DNA of 33,915 nucleotides from Basidiobolus meristosporus CBS 931.73 (GCA_002104905.1 MCFE01000810.1:1-33915), one strand, 5' to 3'. Positions 11,188 to 22,438 are shown, counted from the first letter of the stretch. The notes: a model not told the origin generated them from the letters alone. Numbers and translations are program-made.

Positions 11188-11199
11188 ATTGTACAGCAT

Positions 11200-12170
11200 G
11201 TAAAAAAAGTTGCAGTTCTCACCAATTGATGCTGTCAGCCCAGAGCAGAGTGAATCCCATAAAAGCAAAGTAGATTTACCAACAAGACTACAGTTGTTTT
11301 CTCAAGCACTGGAAGCACAGCCAGCTGAGGTATACTGCAATGTCATAGATGAGCTTGCAGAGAAAGGTAGTTTGTCTATTACAGCCTTGATGTTGTCCAT
11401 TATAGACAGAGTGGAGATCCCACAAACAGACAAAGCAACAGTGGCATAAGATCAGGGGACTGTCACAATGCTTACAGTGAATTTTGGAGCCTTGATAGTC
11501 ACACTAAGTGGGTGTGGTACTTCCTCCTGAGCAATACTCAAGAAAATGCTCCTGCATGTTGCAAGCTTTCACTGATAAGACTGGCTAATGAGGTCCTAAG
11601 ACTTGCAATAACATCTGAAGACCAGGATCTATTGGAACTAGTGAAGGAATAATGGCTTAGAGCTGTAGGACTCCTACCAAAGTGATAGAAATGGAATTGT
11701 GGCAGAAGCACTGGTTAAATGGATGATTTTAATAGAGTTATTTGTTGTGCATGAGGTTATGCTTCATGTTAGTGTCAAGTATGTGGACTTATATAGGTCA
11801 GTACAATGGCAATTGTGTTACAACTGAAGATTGAACAGAAATTTACCAACTTGTTAGCATGAGAAGTAAGTGCATCATTTGATCCATGATTTAAGGAGTG
11901 TAAAGAATGGGCAACAACCAATCAATGTACATATATGTAGGAGGTAATTGAGTGTCCAGGATCAGTAAGTGATAAATTTGACACAGAACCCATCAAAATA
12001 CACTAATAAAATGTTGCAATGACAGGTTGTGACAAACTTTTTGTGAGAAATCTGAGGTGAATCTTTTTAATGGTCATTGGGCAGGGTCCTAATAGTATCA
12101 ATGCCTTTGAGTTATGGGATGTAAGACTTAGACTGCCTTTTGGTGGGTTAATAGCAATAATCTCTCATTG
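11200..12170 (+). repeat. Old ~970-bp dispersed repeat, copy 2
   Basis: Same shared blocks as 9200-10172, in the same orientation. Confidence 0.75.
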
Positions 12171-12699
12171 GGTAGCCATATGTCTTACATTGCTGGTAAC
12201 ACACACATCTTCCAAACATAGGCCTGGTTGATGGTGCATTTGCCACATTTGCCGCATATGCCTCTTTAATATTTGCAGATTCTTCCTGGATCTTAGCTTA
12301 AATGCTCCTCCTCCCTGCTTGACTCTAGTCATTCTTTTAGGAACACTCCAATCTTTTTCTGTTGGAATTCTGAGCTGAAAGGTGTAAAAGTCAGCTTGTA
12401 TGCAATGGATACCTGGAATACTTTGGTAAAGCTGTCCTAGCAAAAACTGGTTGCCTTAAATGTTCAGCCTACCCTTGCCTTACTTAACTGATGGCCCAGG
12501 CATTGTGGCTGCTTAGCCTCTAAATGTGAAATATTTATGCACCTCCATGTGCACAAGTGTGTTCAGTATTTTGCCACTCTCCCTGCCTGTCTTCTGTATG
12601 CCAGCTCATTGCACCCATAATGTTCTTGAAGATAGTGTTCTTGACAAGATTAGGATATTGCAGTACTTGCAACTTCACTTTCTTTCTATCTGCCCAAAA

Positions 12700-13265
12700 A
12701 TCTGCCCCATAGAAGACTTACAAAGTTGAAGTAAGGCCTTATGCTCCTTGTGGTTATTGTGCCAAGCTGCTCAGCAATCAAGTAGACAGACAGCATAGGA
12801 GGTATTACAAAGGTTATTGATATTGTCTTGCTATGCAAGTCATAATTGGGCACTAGTCAGTCACTTCAATATCTGAAATATCATGCTGGCCACTTGACAC
12901 TTCTATAATGGCACCTAGTTACACTTGCTCCCTTGCTCAGATTGCATAAGGTCAGTTTGTGATGCCTTCATGCTGGCTTTAGCCTTCTGAATACAGCCAG
13001 TAGAGTGATAGAGGTGAAGAACAAGGATGCTGATGGATTATAAGCTTATCTCCTCTTGCAACTACACCCTGCATGAGACTGGCAATATTGCAATATGTGA
13101 TGGGAGTACAGCTATGTAAAAAGATGCCAAGGATGCTTTGTATAGGCAACTGAGCCCAGTAATCTATTTACTGATGCTTGATGTGATGGATTGGCTACAG
13201 AGGTGTTATATTCCCACCAACATCTGTGATGGGGGCTTTGCAGACACACTACAACTTTGTGCAAG
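12700..13265 (+). pseudogene. Second relic of the 5' part of the CACTA-type transposase
   Basis: Colinear with the reverse complement of ~5030-5600: CGYCAKLLS..DRQHRRY at 12749, plus shared ATAATGGCACCT, GTGATGCCTT, TGAGCCCAGTA and CCACCAA.ATC.GTGAT.GGGGCTTTG. Confidence 0.55.
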
Positions 13266-13499
13266 GACTATGCAGTGGTAATAGAGTCTGTGTCAGTGTA
13301 CAGGAGTATACACAAGGAGATTGCTTTGACATTGCAAGGCAGGTGGCTCCATGCTTAACCGTAAGGCCATTGGCTGGAGATAAACTTGAATATCTGAGAA
13401 TATAATGGGCATAGCTACTATGACTACTCAGTTGATTGGGTATATTATAAGTCTTATGATTAAACAAATATTCCACTCCCCAAGTTTTTAATTTATGCA

Positions 13500-13902
13500 G
13501 CTTGGAGTCTCCTGCCAAAACTCACAAACTCTTGTAACAAGCAATTTAGCTCTATGGATCAGTAGAATAGCTCAGGATTGGTATCTAGACACTGATGAGA
13601 ATACCACAAGACTGTGATAAGTTGACTTCAATGTTAAGCATCACCTTGGGATGCATTTGCATCAATCAGACTAGTTAGGCTTGATATACTTCATCCAGGA
13701 GCTTACCCAACATAAAGAATGGAGTCAAGTGTTCAGTGTTTAGCTCAATGACAACTGTGTGGCTTAAAAGGCTATTCAACAGGCTATTGATGACAGTGGC
13801 TTTCACATCATTGTTGATGACCAGCACTCCCACTTGTTCATTTTTACCAGTTGACAAGGTAGTGTTGTAGCCCCTCCACTGCCATGTACACTGGTTATGC
13901 AA
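13500..13902 (-). pseudogene. Possible LINE-type APE endonuclease remnant
   Basis: GYNTTLSTGKNEQVGVLVINND resembles the GY...S....GV.ILV motif, and VLAGDSKLH downstream resembles ILAGDFN.H. Short, weak matches only. Confidence 0.25.
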
Positions 13903-16900
13903 ATTGGTAAACTTGCAATTTTTTCAGAACACTATGGGACTAGATGCATACCCTATTTACTTGGAATACAGGCAAGTATTGGCCATTTGATAGTCTATCA
14001 AAATTCCTCACAGTCCTACAGTGCCCTGTAAATAATTTGTATATGATTGCGTTGGGAAAAGATGCACTTTTTATATCTGTGCTGCAGCACAGTTGCAGTA
14101 GGCATTGCACAGTTCTCTCTTCAAGAAAGGTACGTGGGTGACCATGCAGGAGCTCCCCCAGGCCAAGCGGGTACTGAGTACAGAATCCTTCTGGGTCATA
14201 CAAAACCCATGACGTCGTCAAGAAACTAAATACAGGCCCGTAATATCAGAGGTTGTGGTAGGAAAAGAGAGGAGTGTGATTAGACGCCATCAAACGCATG
14301 AACTAGCACGAGATGTCAGCTGGCATTCCAAAGATACTAACCCACTTGACAACTCAGAACATCGAAAAACCCCTTCCGAAGAATCCAAACCAACCCCGAA
14401 TCCCTGCTCGGTCCATGCGGTAGAATCCTGATAGATGAGAAAGGGGCCTTTTTGGTTACCCAAAATTTGGCACGCATATCTATATATGGGGCAGTTCGGC
14501 CCTGCGTGAAGTGCGCTTAGATTACCAGCAACCAACCATTCTTCATTAAGGTACCTCAAACTCCCTCGATGGACTCCCCCCCCCCTCCACCACTTGCAAA
14601 CGGCCGTTGACATCATCGAACTGTAGAAGCATCATTGGGTTTTACGTGGTGAAAGTGGAAGGCAACCGGGTAATCAGTCCGGAGTAACATTGTCTGGAGT
14701 GGTGTACTACTATCCGGTAGTTTCCAAGTGAACAAGTACTCGTACTGGATGTTTCAATAATATGTCTACTACATGGGTGTTCCGTTGCACCTTGAGATTA
14801 ATGGCTCTCTGCATTACTGGTAACTCTGCAGGATTGTGGAACTGGCCGAAATAATCCGGCATTCCAAAAGTCCCCCCCCCTCCCCTCGATGTCACCAATC
14901 AGCCTGGAATAGGGATTTGTGGTGGTTGCATTACCAGTTGAACCACCGATTTCCAATGATCCGTCCCAGATCACCATCCAGTTCCAGCTCCTGTCGTCGA
15001 GATGCGGAGAGGGCCATATCTAGGGTTATCGCTACAGGGCCTTCGAGTCGATTGAGAGCCAAATCCGGCAGTCGGACGGGTAGTGCCAAAGTTGCACTAC
15101 ACAGTAGGTGGTATTTCACAGATCACAAACAAGTACAAGATGCCAGTTCAAGCATATCGATGTGATGCAGCAATAAACTAGCCACTGCAGCATATCTTGG
15201 TTAGGGACACATCAATCACATCGTACGCTGCGCTTAGCCACGGCGACGAAAGCTCGTTCTGGCAGGTCCACGAAACCACAAGTAGGGCAGTAGCGATTCT
15301 GACCTTGGATGGTGTATCCCTGACCTAGTGATTCTGAGCACCAATTCGTTGGCAAAGTCGAAAGCAGCCACCCGTTAAAGCAGGTTCAAGGCTTTAGTTG
15401 GGAATTGTTTGAGCCACAGCTGTGGCCGGACATCGATATGGGGTGTCCCCTGGGCAACACTATTCGTTGGAATATCGAAGTGGTTGCTCACTGCCCGTCA
15501 AAGAGAAAGCAAATCCCACCAGCGCCGAGCGAGTAACTATATGAAGCAGATTGCCATGAATCGAGCCCCAAACCTCTCAGCACGGTTTCAATACCAGCGA
15601 ATCTGGCAGTAATCCCCACCAGGCCGGAAGGCTCTATGAGTTCCATAAATGGAGTAGATGCATCAGCAGAATGATATACATACATTTGTGCGTTGGGTGG
15701 CTTGCGGTGGTTACCTCGTCCCATATACCGCTACATCGATGTAGTAAGACATATAGTCCAGTTTGGTATGCCTGGGGAGAGGGCCAAGGAAGTAGTAGCC
15801 ATCGTCATCGATGGAGGGGATTTTTTGCATGGGAGACACTCTGGCCACGGTTTTCGTCGTTAGCCTTGATGGCACTAATGGCATCACACAGTTGCTAGGT
15901 GGCAGGATCAATTCCGATCCCATCTTGAAGCGATCTATGCCTCTATCTAGGAGAACCGCCAAGCCCCATTGCATAACAGCCGGGATTGGAATGGCTCCAT
16001 GCAACGGGGCGATGTGATTTGATGTATGTGCCTCTGCATCAGGCCATCCTTCCCGGACGCCTTGTTTGCACATCCAGCACCGGCCCTAATCAACCTGGCC
16101 AAACCTTGTTTTCATGGATGTGGCTGCTCCTAACTTGATTTGTTGATCACTCGCTCTCCGCCACGTGGGGATGCATATCATGGAAGGAAGTGTTCCATCA
16201 ACATCATTGATCCAACATTACCACCTGTATGACATTGGCACCAACACAGTACCACCCAGAGTTCGCAGGTGGTTTCCAATGACCGCATCCGCTCTCCTTT
16301 TTCACTCGGTCCAATGCCCGGGCTAGCTGGCCTCTCCCGCCTAGACGGCTGGATCTAGTGAGACACGGCGGTCTGAATGGCGACTTATTTGTGTCCAAGC
16401 AGCCTGCCCTCAACAGCGATCTGCCCTATGACCTCCCCACCGAGCCCTACATCGGGCCAAATCGTCTCAGAGCTTAGTGTCGGCCGATGTCTAGCCGCAT
16501 CTTCGATCGGTGCGGCGGGCCCTCTCCATGTGCAGTGGCCGTCAGTCGCAAATTAGGTTTCATCCAATGCTGCTAAAAGACACCTCGCGTAGTGTGGAGT
16601 GCCTTGTCTGGGAATCACTGGAGCTCGATGTAACGTTTCCATGCTGCCAATTCTGTCAAAGTGGTGCTCGCTGCGTCGAGACGACTTGATCGTAGCCTGG
16701 CCCCCTGATAGGGCCACCTTGATTCTTACCCCAAAGCCTCGATTTGGCAGGCCACTTGATCGGTAAAAGTCTAATTTCAAGGATGATTGGCATGTGGAAC
16801 CCATTGGTGTAACCTTATCTGGGCCGTATTGGCTGGCCGAGAGGGGTAGACGTATTTGGTGGGCACGTTGGTTGCCTGCCTCGTTGCCATCCTCTGGTCG

Positions 16901-17172
16901 GCAGCGCTCTGTTTGCAAGAACAGCTCTTTGTTGTCCCATCGCGCTTGTCGTCGTTTCAGCTGACGGGGTGCCTGCATCCATGTTTACCAGACATCTGCA
17001 TCGCTAGCCACCTATGAGAGGTCACCGACTCGGATATCCTTATATAATTCACTGCAATGCTTAATATCCTAAATTCTCTCCGAATATGGCAATCCTATGT
17101 ATGGCAACCTAGAAAAGATACCCTCCCCAATTTCGGGACCAACGAGACCAAACGAAGCAGGTTGGGATTTCG

Positions 17173-17180
17173 TATATAAG
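17173..17180 (+). promoter_or_regulatory. Candidate TATA box of the CNT gene
   Basis: TATATAAG ~60 bp upstream of ATG 17238, followed by a pyrimidine-rich leader (~17200-17237). Confidence 0.5.
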
Positions 17181-17237
17181 GATCGCGACTTTGAACCCAA
17201 CTCCCTCAATTCATTTCATCCGTCCTCTTTCTCCATC

Positions 17238-18920
17238 ATGACCGTTGATAACACTATCGAAGCCCCCGAGGTTTCGAAGGGCTCCGAGTCTCATCCCTCC
17301 TCCTTTCTTCCCGTGAGTGCCAACGACACTTATCCCGAGGAGAAGAAAGAGGTTGACACCACACTGGAAGACAAGAAGCCCTCGTTCTATCGCCGTTATC
17401 GCTTATGGTTCCATCTACTTATGTTCCTGATCATTACTGGCCTGATGATTGCCGCATGGGTCTTGCATGGAAAGGACACCCTGGTTCTTTCTCTCCTGTG
17501 GGCGTTCATCTCCTTGAAGCTCATGTTTTACCATGTCACCACCAGAATCCTCTCCAAGCCCTTGGGTATGTTTTTCGGCGTCATTTTCAAGGTGGTGTCT
17601 GCTATCCCTGAGAAGCTCCGAATGATCCTGGGCGTAATTCTCCCCATTGCATTCATCGTCGCTGTTACCCTCGCTCTCCCGGCCGATGCTGGCCACAGCA
17701 GCCGCTTGGACCGTTTGAGATCTCTTCTCGGTCTTGTGGTCTTCCTCTCCCTATTGTTTGCCACCTCCAGTAACCGCAAGATCATCCCCTGGAGAACCGT
17801 AGTGGTGGGCGTATTGCTTCAATTCCTCCTCGGCCTCTTCATCCTCAAGACTTCTGTTGGATACGACATCTTTAGCTGGCTATCAAATATGTGTTCCACT
17901 TTGCTTCAATTCTCCAAGTCCGGTTTGGCCTTCGTTACCAACAACGATGTCGCCGACATTGGTATCTTCGTCTTCACCGTTTTGCCCGCAGTCATCTTCT
18001 TCGCTGCCATCGTTAAGGTGGTCTACTACTTCGGCGGTATGCAATGGATCGTTCGCAAGTTCGCTTGGTTGATGGTCAGACTCATGGGTACCAGTGGTGC
18101 CGAGTCTGTGGTCGCCGCCGCCTCACCTTTCGTGGGTATGGGCGAGTCTTCCCTGCTTATTTTGCCGTTCTTGGAGACCTTGACCCGCAGTGAACTCCAC
18201 TCTGCCATGACCTCAGGATTTGCCACCATCTCCGGTTCGGTCTTGGTCGCCTTTATCTCCATGAACGTCGACGCCCAAACCCTGATCACCTCCTGTGTCA
18301 TGTCTGTTCCTTGCGGTTTGGCCATCTCCAAGATGCGTTGCCCCGAAACCGGCGAGCCGGTTACCAGAGGTAAGGTGCGTATCCCCGAAAGTGAGGACCA
18401 TGAGGCCAACTTCCTCCACGCTGCCTCCAACGGTGCCGCCCAGGGTATCCATCTAGCCCTCTTGATTCTTGCCACCGTGCTCTCCTTCATCTCCCTTCTC
18501 GCTCTGGTCAACGCATTCCTCACTTGGTTGGGTCACTTCTACAACATCGACCAACTTACCCTGGAGTTGATTGTCGGCTACCTGTTCTATCCTTTCATGT
18601 GGTTGGTCGGTATCCCCACCACCGATATGCTCACCGTTGCCCGTTTGATGGCCACCAAGATGTTCGTCAACGAGTTTGCTGCTTTTGCTGATCTCGCCAG
18701 ACTGACCACCTCCGGCGCCCTTCAGCAGAGAACCGCCCATCTGGCCATTTACTGTCTCTGTGGATTTGCCAACTTCGGCTCGATCGGTATTCAAATCGGT
18801 GCCCTGGGAGCCATGGCCCCATCCCGCAAGAAGGATCTTGCCGAGCTTGCTTTCTCAGCCATGTTGTGTGGCACCATGTCCACCCTAATGAGCGCCACCA
18901 TTGCCGGCATGTTGCTCTAA
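17238..18920 (+). CDS. CNT: Concentrative nucleoside transporter (CNT/SLC28 family cation:nucleoside symporter), 560 aa, apparently intronless
   Basis: Family motifs WRTVVVGVLLQFLLG, VLPAVIFFAA, GTSGAESVVAAASPFVGMGES, MTSGFATISGSV, VNEFAAF and CGFANFGSIGIQIG; many TM segments; strong C-ending codon bias. The ORF is open from 17097, but the TATA and CT-rich leader lie inside that extension, so ATG 17238 is preferred. Confidence 0.95.
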   Translation: MTVDNTIEAPEVSKGSESHPSSFLPVSANDTYPEEKKEVDTTLEDKKPSFYRRYRLWFHLLMFLIITGLMIAAWVLHGKDTLVLSLLWAFISLKLMFYHVTTRILSKPLGMFFGVIFKVVSAIPEKLRMILGVILPIAFIVAVTLALPADAGHSSRLDRLRSLLGLVVFLSLLFATSSNRKIIPWRTVVVGVLLQFLLGLFILKTSVGYDIFSWLSNMCSTLLQFSKSGLAFVTNNDVADIGIFVFTVLPAVIFFAAIVKVVYYFGGMQWIVRKFAWLMVRLMGTSGAESVVAAASPFVGMGESSLLILPFLETLTRSELHSAMTSGFATISGSVLVAFISMNVDAQTLITSCVMSVPCGLAISKMRCPETGEPVTRGKVRIPESEDHEANFLHAASNGAAQGIHLALLILATVLSFISLLALVNAFLTWLGHFYNIDQLTLELIVGYLFYPFMWLVGIPTTDMLTVARLMATKMFVNEFAAFADLARLTTSGALQQRTAHLAIYCLCGFANFGSIGIQIGALGAMAPSRKKDLAELAFSAMLCGTMSTLMSATIAGMLL

Positions 18921-21890
18921 TACCCCCATCTGTTTCACTGATCCATCCGCATGTGTTCCACTTGGCTGTAACAGATCATGATTTATTTATCCAAGAAGCC
19001 ACAAATTCCAATTAACCACCTCAGCCGCGTTTACGCTTGGATTTTTGCATCCCATCCATCGATAGTATTTGTACAGCTTTCAGGATCCCCCCAGTACTTC
19101 CTAAATGTCCCTAATAAATCAACGTAATACCTACCACACCCGACCCAACGAATCACCGCGAGCCCTGCCGTATCGCGGATAAGATAAGGGATTGGCCATG
19201 GTCGTATCATCATATCCACAGATCCACTCAGCATCCAGGGCTCGTGTTACACCACCAGTCGACAAGGAAGGTCGAACCCGTCCCATCGGCCACTAAGCTA
19301 GCGGAAGGCTATGTGACACGGCGACGTTTGTCCTTCCCAAGTTCCCACCGGACTTGATTGGATTCCAGGGGATTGGCATGACTGGGTTTCGAGCAGCCAT
19401 GATTCACCGTGTAACCTGGGGGGACTACGTCGCGGAAGGCTAGCTTGGTGAGGCCCAAACGAAAAAAAACTCAATCCAGGTCCAGCCAATGTGCCTAACC
19501 CAATTCCAGCTGCAAAGATGATAGGATAAGATAAGTTGGTTGGTGATTTGGCTTCGTCAGAGGCCATTTGGTCGGCTCGACTTGGATCCCTTCTGATCGC
19601 CCTGATTTGTGCATTCGGTGCTAGCCTTGACTCGCCTTGGCTCACATGACAGCCCCGTCTCCACCAGGATCTTGATCCTTCGTGAAGGTGTCTGCTGGGT
19701 GTGGGGACGTGATTGAGCGGTGCATGTCGACGGGTGGGTGGTTGGGGCTGCTTGATCGAGGGTGGTGTACATGTCCCGGCAGGTGGCCCACTGCTCCGTC
19801 TGGCCGATTTGTTGGGCTCCCGAAATGCGGATGTGTTTGGGGTGGGCATCATACTATTCATCGGCATCCAAGCGTAGCAAAGACCACACTCAATGCTGCC
19901 GTGGTTGCTGTGGCCCTGAGCGATTCTTGTTGAATCAGCAATTCCATTTCGAGGCATCAGGTGATGCCGGACACTATTGGTGGACCTTCTGGCTACTGCG
20001 ATTTCCATAAATAAGTCACTGGATTTGGGGGGACGGCTTCCAACCCACTAATGAAGGCCATTTCTGAGGTTGTCTCCATCGTAAATGGGTTATTGAAGGG
20101 AGATCCATTCATTCCACCGCTGCTGGAGCCAATTTAGGCCGCCCTTTCCGAATGCGGTGATTCCTGTTGCGTGATACATGGAATCGGGGAAATGGGCTTT
20201 GACATTTAATGCATCACACCAACACGAATTCATTCTGGAACTTGCTACGTGGAGCGTTGGCTAGAGTATGGGACGGCCCTTGATGGCTTTGCGTGTGCTT
20301 ACCCCTGAGGTGGACCGGAGTGTAAACGGGTATTCAGCGAGGGGTGCCACGCTAGATCGACCAGGTGGAGCGTTTTACGACGACACAACGGCATACAACA
20401 AAATCTAGATGATCGGGCGAACGATCAACCCGGTTGGTGTCTGGTTTGGGCTCGGTGAGCAATGGCTGTCAGACTGGCAACGCGCTAGGAACTTCTAAAA
20501 ACCTGGAGCTGGCGCTGGGATTGGCCGACTCCCATGCAACGCTGCTGGTCAAGTGGGTAGAATGAAACACACTGGCTAGGGTTAGGAGTTCGGAGCCAGA
20601 TCTGGCCGATCACTCATGTGATCTGCTGTCATCAATCTTAAATTACGCCAGCGTGGATATGTTCCCAGGCACCAAAAGTGTGATTGATGGAATGTATGTA
20701 ATGCATCATCCAATATTACGTGAGAACTTCCCAGAGGGATGATCGGGTGGACTCCCCAGGGATTGCCCACTCTCGTCGAGGCAGAGCTCGGGGTACGAAT
20801 CAGGTAGAGTAGCCTGTGTGCTAGCGAGATTAATGTTTCCATATATCGCGACATTGTTCGGGCAGGGCTGTAGAATTGGTGGCCTACGACGTCGGCTGAT
20901 CCATCCTCTTGTACATGGGAACTTTTTGGCTCCAAGGGGCTCCTTGATCGGTTTTACTGAGATTACAAGGCCAGAGGCCACGGATTCCCTGAAGTGGTAG
21001 ATGGGTTTGAGGCGCTATTTTAGTCAAAATTCCCTTGGATTGCCTTTCTCGCTAATCTTCTCGAACCTGCTGAGTCACCGGATCACCGTGTTAGAAACGT
21101 AAGGAATGGCCCACTGCGATTGCGTCCAATTATGCCGCAAATTTCGCGACGCACCAAATATGGTGGTAGAAACCATGAGAGAGTTAAGCATGTTCGTAGT
21201 GATCAAATCGGGAGTCTCTTAGCTTCTAGTTCGAGGGCCAACCCAGGCCGAGCGACCTGGGTATCAATCAATTCCGACTAATCCCCCAAATGGCATCGAT
21301 TCGAAGCAGGCTCAAGAATGGACGGCTTAGGCCTATATTCAGCGGAATGTGGCGGAGACCCGCAAACAAATAAATCAAGGACAATCAAATCCCGTTGCTC
21401 TATGAAGCATAAGGTTTCTGAAACCTAATGGTCCATTTGGCAAGATGTCAATATGGAATATTGGTATACAACGTTCTGGGTCCGTGAAGGAATCTCAGGC
21501 TGTTGCTTACCAAAAGCTCATGGTGTTCAATTACTCTGCTGTCCCATTTTGGGGAGATCTATTAGGGAAATTTCTAATCTTACATTTTTATTGAAAGGGG
21601 CATTGTGGCCTCAGATGGGCTTGAGAGGAAGTGTTTCTAATTAACTGGTATCCGGATATGAAATAGCTCTCACATAAAATGTGAGAGCATTGAGTATCAA
21701 TGATATCTGTGTACAAAGTCAGTCATATTTTAGAATAGTTTAAGGTATAGTCTCTGGAAACTTAGTATCCCAATGATCTTATAACTATCATTCAAACTTC
21801 ATCCTTACTCCTATTTGCAGAGTCCTTCACTGACATTATTGGTTCATGTATATGTGCATAATTATATTAGCAGCTAACAAAAGTCAAAAT

Positions 21891-22248
21891 TGTTGTGAGA
21901 GTCTTGGGGATATTGGAAATGATTTGGAGAGCAAGCAGATTATGTGGTTTTTCTTGTAAAATTTGTGATTGCACCTAAATATTCACCTAGCTTAGTCCCT
22001 TATATCACTACCTACAAATCTCAAAGAATTTGACCAAATTCCTTGTAGGGATTTACTTCAAATATTTTCACCAAAACATCAGGTACCCAGAAAGTATAGT
22101 TTCTTGAAGTTGTCCAAACAGTCCCAAACTTTGCATGCATGTTCCTGGTACCTCCCTAAGCATATCCTGTGCTTATTTGCCAAGACCATGTAAAAGTACA
22201 GACACTGCTTTTACATGTACTTGGCAATACAAGCACATAAAATATGCT
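21891..22248. mobile_element. Rearranged solo LTR of the copia family (internal inversion)
   Basis: 21891-~21952 matches the start of LTR 30015-30363 directly, ~21954-22217 matches its remainder inverted, and ~22218-22248 is again direct. Confidence 0.75.
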
Positions 22249-22438
22249 GACAAAGTTACTGAGACTTATTTGGAGCATTTCACTAGGATATTGCTGTAGG
22301 TATTCAGCCTACGCCTGGAATAGTCAATAAATCCAGTTTCCACTGCGCTCATAGCCTAGCTATGAACTGTCTATGTAGGCTCTGGCTTTTAGTAAATCAG
22401 CAAACTATTGAAGTTAGTAAGGACCTGAAAGTAAGCGG

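Noticed and set aside
12140-12260. Minus-strand CYQQCKTYGYPMRDYC as a gag zinc knuckle
   Set aside because: Spacing is wrong, the His is missing and no convincing protease or RT follows.
1-14100. Classical CpA-directed RIP as the main cause of repeat decay
   Set aside because: CpA and TpG are abundant rather than depleted; the dominant signal is CpG loss. Not computed formally.
15731-15744. Perfect 14-bp palindrome CTACATCGATGTAG
   Set aside because: A single short palindrome with no supporting context; plausible by chance in 34 kb.
14290-16073. Short minus-strand ORFs with faint LRR-, AMP-binding- or pepsin-like words (LALNRLEGPV, IDDDGYYF, YYIDVAVYGT)
   Set aside because: Isolated few-residue matches with no surrounding domain context or consistent frame.
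17405-18794. Several ORFs overlapping CNT in other frames or antisense
   Set aside because: Shadow ORFs expected from the strong codon bias of a GC-rich gene.
14150-21490. tRNA, rRNA or snRNA genes in the non-coding island
   Set aside because: No cloverleaf, A/B boxes or recognisable rRNA/snRNA sequence found by eye; an Infernal/Rfam scan would be needed to exclude them.
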